64,000 bases of DNA, from assembly GCF_006345805.1 (NCBI RefSeq), contig NC_043021.1, positions 2,790,001 to 2,854,000 of the forward strand, read 5' to 3'. Shown piece by piece: positions 41,656 to 52,843 of this stretch. Source of the DNA: Octopus sinensis (lineage: Eukaryota). Numbering within the stretch: position 1 is the first letter of the stretch; the number at the start of each line of letters is the position of its first letter. The translations under genes and the position numbers were made by a program. A model generated the notes under the pieces. That model did no database searches, had not been told where the DNA came from, and was given only the letters and a program-made list of their open reading frames with translations.

Positions 41656-42530
41656 GTAAGTGTTGGTTGAATAACTTTTTACCTGTTTTGCTTTTTCTTT
41701 TTTTTTTCTGATTTTTAACAAAAACTGTAAAAATAAGTTCATACCCAAATAATACAAAAAATACAAAAAAAAAACAGAAAACAGAAAAACAGGTCCTTCT
41801 GCTTGACATGCAATAAGTAGATTCCACTGGAAATTGTTTGCTTTTGCATTGCATTGCAACTATGAAAATCACAACAATTTTTGGAGAGATTGTTCATAAA
41901 AGTTTCACAGGTGTACTTGCCAGACAGGTGTTTTGATCTGAGACTGTGTTGAAACTAGAATAGTTACAGGGTGGATGACACATGTCGGCCATTCAAAAGC
42001 CAGGCCGTAGTTGGTGCAACGAAAATTTGGACACCAAATAATAAAGGGTTGAATGAAATCATGTCTTTGTGTGTTTTTCAAAGGCCAATATAATGTCTTC
42101 CATGCCACAATTGCATTGACCCTTTAAGTCCCAGAATACTTAAATTTCTGAATATTACTTTTAAATTTTTACAGATGATTGAAAATATGTTAAAAGGAAA
42201 AAAATAATTATTAAAACACTTTTACTTCAAGTAGAAATGGAAACACTCCGTGTCCTATAAATAGGACACTGGGATAATGTGATATAGCTTATTTAATGTT
42301 CTCATTTAGTGTCCTATTTATAGGACAGCGGGACTTAATGTGTTAATAAAACTTTGTTGTATCTCAGGAGAGACATTATGCCAATAAGAAACACATTTAC
42401 TGGTTTTTATGAAGTGATTCTTCGTCCGTGTTCTCCCTTCTGATTACCTTTCTCTATCTTTAGAGTTTGCTCAGACACTTCCCTCCTCTACTACTACTAC
42501 TACTAACTTGATAATTATTGTCTCTTGTAG

Positions 42531-42611
42531 TGAGCCCTTACTGAAATCAGCAGCTAATTTCACCATCTTCATCAAGAACAATGTTCATTTCCCTAAATTC
42601 AATGTCTCCAG
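42531..42611 (+). CDS. P2X: P2X exon 6
   Basis: ttgtag|(S)EPLLKSAANFTIFIKNNVHFPKFNVS(R)|gtaaga; NFT-x-x-IKN ATP-site motif; 81 nt, phase 2 to 2. Confidence 0.96.
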
Positions 42612-42657
42612 GTAAGATTTTTAATTATTTTCTAAGACTCTGCTGTCATATGCAGGT

Positions 42658-42711
<54 letters not shown>

Positions 42712-43194
42712 CTTTGTCTTTGCCAAGTGGTTTTCCTTGACTTCTGCTGTCAGAAATGGCTTCTTGTGTCTCCTGCATGAGTGGTAGCGATGGTCTCCAT
42801 TCAGGACCCAGGTTCCTGTTCTCGGATCTTCAGTCACCTAGTTTTGCAGTTGTTGGATGAACCCCAGTGTGTGGATGTTGTCAGAATGCTTGCTATGCCC
42901 TTTCCTGCCGGCTCTGGCAATAAGCCATGTCATGTCTTAAAACCTTAACAGTATCCACAGATCATTGAACAGTGGTCACGATGTTGGCATTTTGATACCC
43001 AACACAAATCATCTTGATACAAACAAACCTTCTCCAATATTCAGATGGTCTCCTGTCTTCTATGTCAGCTTAACTTATTCTCAACTACATTTTTATGCTC
43101 TCCAATGCCTTTGACTATTCACCAATGCAGCAAACTGCTCTTGACAAAAGGAAACCATTTCTCAAATTTAGTTTGAACATCTTGTTTGGATGTA

Positions 43195-44078
43195 TGAGGT
43201 GTAATCAGAAAGTATCAGACCTTTGACCACAAAACAAGTAATATTAAAAAAAAACTCCCTATTTTGATTTAGTCTTCTTCAAAGTGTTTTTCCTTTTTGA
43301 GTCTACACACTTCTACTAGCATTCCTGCCACTGCTGGAAACATTTCTGGAAATCACCTTTTGGGATTCTGTAGAGCTGTGCCATTGAATTTTACTTAATG
43401 TCCTCTGTTGACTCACATCTTTTCCCTTTGAGCTTTGGGAAAAGCCAAAAGTTGCATGGAACCAAGTCTGGTGAGTAGGAAGCCTGACGAACAAGTGGTG
43501 TGTTTTGCTTGACAAGGAATGCTCGGGCGACGTGGGTGGAATGAGCAGGAACATTGTCTTGGAGTTACCAGTTCTTTGCTGCCCACAGGTCAGGTTGTTT
43601 TTGCCACACAGCTTCAAGAAGGCAACAAAGAACCCCCAGGTGTTATTCTTTGTTAATTGTCTCACCTTGTAGTGCATATTTATGGCTCACTGTCCTCTGA
43701 GGTGTGGCCATCTTTGAACTGGTTGTACCACTCCTTTATTTGTGTTTTTCTCATAGCATCATCTTCAAAGGTCTTCCGAATCTTCTCAATAGTCTTGGCT
43801 TGCATCTCACCAAGTTTTTGGCAGAATTTGTTACGGTATCTTTACTCAAAACACTCAGTCATCTTGACTCAAACAGAAAAATTGCACAGTACACTCTTCA
43901 CGTCTGTACTCAATGCATCACTGTGGGTAAGTGGCGCAACCTACAGACACGAGAATTTTTGCTCATGCTCAGGAAGGACTCAGCCACCTAATACCCATGC
44001 GGACTTTGATCATGCATTATTATTTTGTGCAAAAAAAAAAGAAAAATTCAAGGTCAGATACTTTTTGGTTAAACCTCA
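43195..44078 (-). mobile_element. Degenerate mariner element, internally deleted
   Basis: TA-flanked TIRs TGAGGTGTAATCAGAAAGTATCAGACCTT / AAGGTCAGATACTTTTTGGTTAAACCTCA; remnants KFCQKLGE...IKEWYNQFKDG and QDNVPAH...YSPDLVPCNFWLFPKLK. Confidence 0.85.
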
Positions 44079-44609
44079 TACAGTAGTGTGTGTGTGTGGG
44101 GGGGGGGGGTTGTCCCCCCTCCACTGCTTGACAACCAGTGTTCAAAACAAACCTCATGGACTTAGTACTAAGCTTTAATAAAATAAGTCCTGGGATTAGT
44201 TTGTTCAACTGAAAAACTCTTCAAGGCGGTGCCCCAGTATGGTCGCAGTAACGAGTAAAAGATCCAGTTTATATTTCAGCATGTCCCAAATAAGCTTCAC
44301 CCCCCCCTTGCCCTATTTTAGCTCAAACCCTTGACCAAGGAGTGTTGTGTTGTTATCCTGTTATTTTGAGATTATAGTCCAGACACTTAACTCTCATATG
44401 AGATAACCTACATTTGAACAAACAGATTATGTAGGAGACAGTGAGGGAGACTTTGTGTGATTGCGGCTGCTGCCAGCGATAATAATCTACTTCCCCTCAA
44501 ATAATACTTTTCCATTATAAAATGTATTGTACTCTTTACTCTCTTCACTCTTTCACTTGTTTCAGTCATTTGACTGCGGCCATGCTGGAGCACCGCCTTT
44601 TAGTCGAGC

Positions 44610-45436
44610 AAATCGACCCCCAGGACTCATTCTTTGTAAGCCTAGTACTTATTCTATCGGTCTCCTATGCTGAACCGCTAAGTTACAGGGACGTAAACAC
44701 ACCAGCATCGGTTGTCAAGCGATGTTGGGAGGACAAACACAGTCGAATCAAATCGACCCCAGGACTTATTCTTTGTAAGCCTAGTACTTATTCTATCGGT
44801 CTCCTATGCTGAACCGCTAAGTTACAGGGCCGTAAACACACCAGCATCGGTTGTCAAGCGATGTTGGGAGGACAAACACAGTCGAATCAAATCGACCCCA
44901 GGACTCATTCTTTGTAAGCCTAGTACTTATTCTATCGGTCCCTTTTGCCGAACCACTAAGTTACAGGGACGTAAACACACCAGCATCGGTTGTCAAGTGA
45001 TGTTGGGAGGACAAACACAGTCGAATCAAATCGACCCCAGGACTTATTCTTTGTAAGCCTAGTACTTATTCTATCGGTCTCCTATGCTGAACCGCTAAGT
45101 TACAGGGCCGTAAACACACCAGCATCGGTTGTCAAGCGATGTTGGGAGGACAAACACAGTCGAATCAAATCGACCCCAGGACTTATTCTTTGTAAGCCTA
45201 GTACTTATTCTATCGGTCTCCTATGCCGAACCGCTAAGTTACAGGGCCGTAAACACACCAGCATCGGTTGTCAAGCGATGTTGGGAGGACAAACACAGTC
45301 GAATCAAATCGACCCCAGGACTCATTCTTTGTAAGCCTAGTACTTATTCTATCGGTCCCTTTTGCCGAACCACTAAGTTACAGGGACGTAAACACACCAG
45401 CATCGGTTGTCAAGCGATGTTGGGAGGACAAACACA
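44610..45436. repeat. 139-bp tandem array (6 units) inside a SINE-A copy
   Basis: aatcgaccccagga...ggacaaacacagtcgaatca repeats starting near 44611, 44751, 44890, 45029, 45168, 45307. Confidence 0.95.
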
Positions 45437-48400
45437 GGCACACAAACATATACACACACATACATACATATATACATATATATGACGGGCTTCTTTCAGT
45501 TTCTGTCTACCAAATCCACTCACAAGGCTTTGGTTGGCCCGAGGCTATAGTAGAAGACACTTGCCCAAGGTGCCACGCTGTGGGAATGAACCTAGAACTA
45601 TGTGGTTGGTAAGCAAGCTACTTACCACACAGCCACTCCTGCGCCTTATCATAAGAATTTTATAGACTTTCAAGAAGACACGAAATAATGCAGCACAGAA
45701 TTTTGTCAGGTCTCATAGCACCATAAATATTTTGGCAAATTAAATTTTAATGTTGAAGAGGATCTAATGGTTTTTGTGTGTTTCTTAAATGGCTTATAAA
45801 CACCTTCCACGCTGCAATTGCTTTTGTTCCAGCACACGATCACAGATCAGGTCTATGTTTGCTGAAGAGTAAAAGTACAGTTTTGTGCTTTTATCAGATC
45901 TTATCAGTAAATGGTCATTCCTCCTCCTCCTCATCATCATCATTTAACGTCCGTTTTCCATGCTGGCATGGGTTAGATGATTCGACTGGGCTCTGGGAAG
46001 CCAGTAGACTGAGACAGGCCCTAATCTGATCTGGCAGTGTTTCTACAGCTGGGTGCCCTTCCTAATGCCAACCCTCTCCAAGAGTGTAGTGGGTGCTTTT
46101 TACATGCCACCGGCACAGGAGCCAGTGGAGCTGGCATCGACCACGATCGGATAGTGCCTTTTACATGCCAGCTGCATGGAAGCCAGTCAAAGTGGCACAG
46201 GCATTGGCCACTTTTAGACGGCGCTTTTAACATGGTATTGGCACGGGGTCACAACTACAATTTCCATTTGATTTGATTTCGATGTTAACGAAGTTGAAAA
46301 ATATAAATCTAAGGCGACATGAACTCTTTGAACTATCAATTTCATTGGTTTATACATTTGAAGAAGATCTTTTGTGTAGAATAATGTGAAATATTTATTT
46401 AGATTTATTAGTTCATAATTGATGTAAATAACTTTCAGATCAATAATTTGTTAATTGAATGAAGAGAAGCCAGTTATGTTTTGATCAATAACAGACCCTG
46501 ATTTATATTGACAATCGATACAGTATTTGGGCTACCGGTGAAAGAATGTCACAGATTGCCGTTGGTTTTCTTAGTTTTCTTCTGTCAGATGTCTAAGAAA
46601 TTACTTTCCATTTGATTATGATGGCAGTTAATCACATGTTTTTATTGGTGATTAAATTTGAACTCACTTCAGCAAGCTACCCTATTTTCTGGCAAACAAG
46701 TTGACATAGAATAAAAGCATAAACCATTCAAACCTCATCACTATCTCTTCAAATCCTGCTGCATTCCTTAGGGAATTTTTGGTCCCCCAAAGTTCTCTTG
46801 GTACATAAATTGATGTAGCATTTATGGCTGTCGATTTTAGTCTGAATGATCTGGCTTGTGTATACAGGCTCAAGAACTGTGGATGAAGTGGACGTGAGGA
46901 CACGCCCTAAAGGTTTTTTTGTTGGGTGGGGGCCATTGGAAACACCTTGAACATCCTGGGTTGAACCTAGGCTTGCATTCTCTAAGCAAATTTCATTCCC
47001 GCACTTCTGCTTGTGCACCAGAAACTACAATAATGAAACAGTTTTAATTAAGAAGCTAATGATCCAGTCTTGTATTTAAATGAACAGGCCGTTTCAGTTT
47101 TATATTTATAAAGAATACATTGTCTGGAATTAAAAGATTTTGCCAAAAACATTGCAAAGGAGGGGTGTCCACCATGGGTAATACTTTTAAGTGGGGGCAG
47201 CACATTTGGATCTGCTATAGTTAATGCCACTGGAGTCAGTGGTAATTTATGAAAATTTAATGTTTAAGATTATAAACCAATATCCTAGTGATAAGACACT
47301 TGTGGAGTGGTTGGCGTTAGGAAGGGCATCCAGCTGTAGAAACACTGCCAGATCAGACTGGAGCCTGGTGCAGCCCCTGGCTTCCCAGACCCCGGTCGAA
47401 CCGTCCAACTCGTGCTAGCGCGGAAAACGGACGTTAAACGATGATGATGATGATGATGATGAAGACAAGATGAATTTCTTTGAAAATCTCTTAAAACACA
47501 ATTTGAATTTCATAACCTTTACATGTTAGAGAAACAGATTTTACAGACTTTGTCTCGATGGAATCTGGTGCAGCTGTGGCCTTGCCAGTTCCTGTTCAGC
47601 TGTCCAACCCATGCCAGCATGGGAAACAGATGTTAAATGATGATGATGATAGGCGCAGGAGTGGCTGTGTGGTTAGTAGCTTGTTTACCAACCACATGGT
47701 TCCGGGTTCAGTCCCACTGCGTGGCACCTTGGGCAAGTGTCTTCTACTATAGCCTCGGGCCGACCAAAGCTTTGTGAGTGGATTTGGTAGACGGAAACTG
47801 AAAGAAGCCCATCGTATATATGTATATATATGTGTGTTTGTGTGTCTGTGTTTGTCCCCCTAGCATTGCTTGATAACCGATGCTGGTGTGTTTATGTCCC
47901 CGTTACTTAGTGGTTTGGCAAAAGAGACCGATAGAATAAGTACTGGGCTTACAAAAGAATAAGTCACGGGGTCGAGTTGCTCGATTAAAGGTGGTGCTCC
48001 AGTATGGCTGCAGTCAAATGACTGAAACAAGTAAAAGAGTATGATGATACGTCTATTTGGCTGAACACATCATTTTTCAGTGGAATCAGATAATTGGTTG
48101 CTGCTGTTTAGGATGCTAATGAATTGGAATGGTTGAGCTTGGATGTAGAATTTATTTTAGCAACAATACATTTTTTGCACTGGAGGCAGAGGCAGACAAT
48201 CACATACGGCACATATGCACACACAGAAATATATACACATACAGTGAGAGAGAAAGCGGGAGAGTGTGGGGGACATTGCAATTAATTAATTGATCACAGT
48301 TGGAATAAACATTTTCTTCTCCTCACAGACATACAGAGAAATATGCTACACACATAAAGTGACAGAGAAAGTGGGGTGGGGGGGAAGAGATGGGGGAAGG

Positions 48401-48944
48401 GGAGAAAGAGAGGGGAGGGAGGGAGGGAAAGAAAGAAAGAGGGAGGGGGGATGGATGTCAAAATGTCTCCTGCCCTTTTTCTGTGCATCTGCTGGAAGGA
48501 TTTGAACTTAAGACAGCTGGTTTCCTGTTGTGTACAGCAATGAATTGTGCCTAAGCATGATATCTATTTAACTGTAAAGAAAAATAAACCCTCTGAGAGT
48601 TAAGTATCTTGCTCAAGAACCCAGTGTAACAGTAACAGGATATGTATGGGGAGCCCTTTGGGGTCTCTATTCGATTATGTCATCCCAATGAGTTGGAAAT
48701 ACCAGTTTCTGAAAACAGGATACAAAGCATTCAAAATATTTTAAAAAAAGGCATTTTTTGTCTTATTTTCCTAAATATTTGATATTAACTGAGATACACA
48801 GATGTAAAACCAAAAAAAAAATTTATATAATTCTGTTTATTCTTTTTTTATATTTTGTTTTTACCTCCTATTTCTTGGATTTTTAAAATATTTGTTTCTC
48901 TCTGTTTTTTTCTTTTTAATTTTTATTTTTGTTCATTAATACAG

Positions 48945-49074
48945 GGTAAATGTTGATTCGAATATGTCCAAAAACTGTACCTATGATCCCCATACTTTGA
49001 AATCCTGCCCCATTTTTCGCATGAGTACCATCACAGACATCATTGGAACACCTTTTAAAAACGTTGCCCTTCAG
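48945..49074 (+). CDS. P2X: P2X exon 7a (dorsal-fin module, alternative copy A)
   Basis: Long T-rich tract then acag|(R)VNVDSNMSKNCTYDPHTLKSCPIFRMSTITDIIGTPFKNVALQ|gtagat; C-x9-CPIFR; 130 nt, phase 2 to 0. Confidence 0.9.
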
Positions 49075-49364
49075 GTAGATAGCACGTTTGTGCCGGACAT
49101 TTATTATTTATAATATTATAATAATCATTAACATTACTATTATCATCATCATCATCACAAAGGTGGTGAGCTGGCAGAATCATTAGCACACCAGGTGAAA
49201 TGCTTAGTGGTATTTCACCTGATGCTACGTTCTGAGTTCAAATTCTGCCTAGGCCGACTTTGCCTTTTGTCCTTTCGAGTTCAGTAAATTGAACACTGGG
49301 GGGGTCAATGTAATTGACTCATCCTCTACCCCAGAATTGCTGCCCTTGTGGCAAAATTTGAAAC

Positions 49365-49415
<51 letters not shown>

Positions 49416-49591
49416 CATCATCGTCATTATCCCTGCTGTACTCTTTCGCCGCAACTTTCTCCCACTTTCTTCTGTTGGCCTGCTCGCTTAACCAGTGGGG
49501 TGGCATCATTTGAAGACTAAAACAATGTGAAGCGCATTGTGATCAGTAATGTGTAGCACATCTGATAGCCTGGTCGGTCACGGTGATCACA

Positions 49592-49646
<55 letters not shown>

Positions 49647-49746
49647 TCTTCTATCTACTGTTTTACTCTTTGTTCTTCTATCTGCAAGTTAATTCCTTTA
49701 CAAACTGTGAATTCCCTGTCAAGAACTTTCATACATACTCACTTTG

Positions 49747-49820
49747 TCTCTGATGATGGAATACCCAGTGTATGGAGATGCTAACCTATCACTTGGGATA
49801 TCCTAGAAACAGCTGTAAGA
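49747..49820 (+). ncRNA. Minimal type I hammerhead ribozyme motif (Penelope-type)
   Basis: TCT-CTGATGA-[TGGAATACCCAGTG...CACTTGGGATATCCTA]-GAAA-CAGCTGT-A-AGA: intact core, palindromic stem III (ACAGCTGT), GUA cleavage triplet, 3-bp stem I; stem II imperfect. Confidence 0.6.
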
Positions 49821-49933
49821 ATCCAATAAGTAATTAATTAATTAATTACTTCAAATTCATCTTACTCTTATTAAATATTCTAAATGACTTGAGACACTCA
49901 TCCTGCTTTGGTTTTTGCCGTCCTTTTCCTCTA

Positions 49934-49989
<56 letters not shown>

Positions 49990-50025
49990 CAAACACATAT
50001 ATACATATACATATATATATATATA

Positions 50026-50266
50026 AAAATACAAAATGGGACAAGAACGCAAAACATTCAAATAGACGACACAAAAAACGGACGGGTCATTCGAAGCCTC
50101 TAATCTTCAGTCAAGAACCGGATCATCCTCACAATAAGATTAATCAGCCGAAATTGTGAGGATGATCCGGTTCTTGACTGAAGATTAGCGGCTTCGAATG
50201 ACCCGTCCGTTTTTTTGTGTCATCTATTTGAATGTTTTGCGTTCTTGTCCCATTTTGTATTTTTAT
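50026..50266. repeat. Fold-back inverted repeat (~110-bp arms, 17-nt loop)
   Basis: aaaatacaaaatgggacaagaacgc...catcctcacaat mirrored by attgtgaggatg...gtcccattttgtatttt. Confidence 0.92.
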
Positions 50267-50318
50267 ATATATTTTTTATACATAAATTATTGCGGCGTAA
50301 CGTACACCTTGTTCTCTT

Positions 50319-50360
<42 letters not shown>

Positions 50361-52689
50361 AATATTAGGGAATAAATCCAAACTTACAGGGAAAAATCAA
50401 ATTTAGGATTGAATCCAATTTTATAGTAAAATATTATATTATATTAAATTAGAGACAAAACCACTATTAGGCAAATCAAACAATGAAAGACTTAAGCCAA
50501 TACATAAATTAATTTATATTATTTAAATATGTAACAATTATTAAAAAAATATAATTAATATCCACTTGATTTGCCTAATAGTGGTTTTGTCTCTAATTTA
50601 ATATATATATATATATATATATATGGATGGATGGATATAAGTTTTTTTGTGAAAATTACTTGATACAATCACAATATTTGAAGAAATATTTTCTTAAAAG
50701 TTATCAAGTGTTTCAAAAATCTTAGTAAAACAGAACAACATGAACCCTTTGGAAGTAAGTCTTCATATTGTGTGTGTAAGCGCTTTCATTGTTAAATTTT
50801 CCAAACACATGTTATAGTCATAATCCATATAAAGGAAGTTGTTTTAAGTAGCAGTGTTGACTATTCCTCGTTTGGTTTCAGACTTAAAATTCTTGCAAAG
50901 TATTCTTCTTTTGATCATTTTCTTCTTTTATTTGAAAAAAAAGGAAATATTTTGAATTTTAAATGTGCACAAATGTCTAAATGAGATTTTTTTTTTGAAT
51001 TGTAAAACAAACAAAAAAAAAAGAATCTGCTGTGGAAAAATCTACCACAACAAATTCCATCTGACCCATGCCAGCATGGAAAAGTAGATGTTAAACGATT
51101 CTGATGATGATGATGATGATGATGATGTAGTAGTAGTAGTAGTAACAACAGCAGTAGTAGTAGTAGTTGTAGTGCAGCTGCTACCCTTAATAATTGCAGT
51201 TCTTTTACAGCTGAGTTGGGTCCTTTCTGAAATCTGAAGAGCCATAAAAAGCTTATCTTCACCTTTGATATTTTTTTTTTATTTTGCTTTTTTTGCCAAA
51301 ATGTGGAATGACAGATACAGTATCTGTAGGGACACAACTGCAAAAGAAATTCTTAGCGAAGAAACCCCTTCCCTCCATCACCTCTCCCCAACCTGCCCAC
51401 TCACCCACACAGACAACCACTTCATTCCTTTTATTAATTGACTTCTAATTAAGCCACAGAAAATATGAGTTCTTTTAATTCCTCTTTTTTTATTCTTTAT
51501 ACATTATTCGGCCCCAGTCCATATGTTTACCATTCCTTCCTCATTTTGACTTTGTTCTTAAGGATTCTTGGTAGTTTCTAAACACCTCGGTTGGAAAAAT
51601 CTCTTTCTTCAGATGAAGGTCCGGTCTTGTAATGTCAGATTCCTCTCCTCACAGCATCCAAACTTAAGAACAAACATTTTTAGTTTGCATCTGTTGATCT
51701 GTAAAATGGTTTTCATAAGAATCTTGTTATGATGTCTGGTGGGGGTAATGATGGTTAGTGCAGGGCATGGAGGAGAGCAGAATATAGAGATAAGAGGAAG
51801 AGAGACAAGTGATGTGGAAGAGGCACAAAGGCAACCAGTGATTCTCAGGGGTCGAGGCTACCGTTGAAATTGTATAAAGCAAGATGTAAGAAATCACACA
51901 TCTGGTGTTTGATGCTGAGAGATTTCATACCAATATGTTGAGTTACCTATTCTTAGATACAGTCTATGATGTCTGTAAATATTGTTACAACACTGCTCAT
52001 GGTTTTGAATGCCATTGTAAAGAGTTGGCACCAGAATGATAACCTGTAGTCTTGGAGGACTGAGAAGGCTTTGAACACAACCCTTTCCTCCAAACCAAAC
52101 CATACTGTCCTCTAAAAAATGTCTTGTAACATTTGTATTAGGCCTGTATATGAATGTTCTTTGAAGAATTCAGTGTCCAAGAAAGGCTTCGGTTCATTAT
52201 AATTCTTGAGACTGTAACATAAGTTAGGAAGTTTCATACACTGATGATCTGATGATTCTCATTGCAGAATCTGTCTGAGTTTCAGAAAAAGATCCTAACC
52301 CAGAAGCAAAATCTAAATCCAAAATAGCTAAACATGAACATGAAGGGCCAAAATGTTGCTTAATTTATGCAAAAAGGATATACAAAAAAGGGAATCTGAC
52401 ACATGTACCTATGAAATTGTCTAAAAGGGACGTCTCTCTTGTGAGTTCAAAGTCAGCAGGGCAGCAATTATTGGAGACAAATTATAGATCAATACTCAAA
52501 CCTGAGGAATATAGATCTTCCAAAAAGCTACATGTTGTAATGTGGCAACCATCAGTTCCATGGTCACATGTGTTTATTGGCCAGTGACTGATTAACTAAC
52601 GACTTAATTATTAGTCTTCTTCTGCCTGATATCTCAGTTATCTTTTAGTGATTTTTTTTTCTTCTCTCACTCTCTCCATCCAATTTCAG

Positions 52690-52843
52690 ACGTAACATAA
52701 TTGGTTTTGAAAATAATCGTCAGCTGATGACCTGCCGTTATGATCCCCGAAATGCTACAAATCGTTTTTGCCCCATCTTTATAATTCAGGATATTTTAGA
52801 CTTAGTAAGAGGCGATGACAGTACCGAAAGCATTCTGAAAATG
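52690..52843 (+). CDS. P2X: P2X exon 7b (dorsal-fin module, alternative copy B)
   Basis: Polypyrimidine tract then tttcag|(R)RNIIGFENNRQLMTCRYDPRNATNRFCPIFIIQDILDLVRGDDSTESILKM|gtaagg; RNI and C-x11-CPIF; 154 nt, phase 2 to 0. Confidence 0.9.

Noticed and set aside
44610-45436. Regular repeat array resembling a CRISPR
   Set aside because: Head-to-tail SINE-derived units, no unique spacers, no cas genes, eukaryotic context. The same applies to the 15-, 19- and 42-bp arrays.
47088-47177. AG/GT-bounded frame RFSFIFIKNTLSGIKRFCQKHCKGGVSTM echoing exon 6 (FTIFIKN)
   Set aside because: Similarity is limited to IFIKN, the acceptor is weak and the phase is incompatible with exon 5 or 6.
51530-51698. 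Minus-strand AG/GT-bounded segment between 7a and 7b
   Set aside because: Stops in all three frames; no support as a coding exon.
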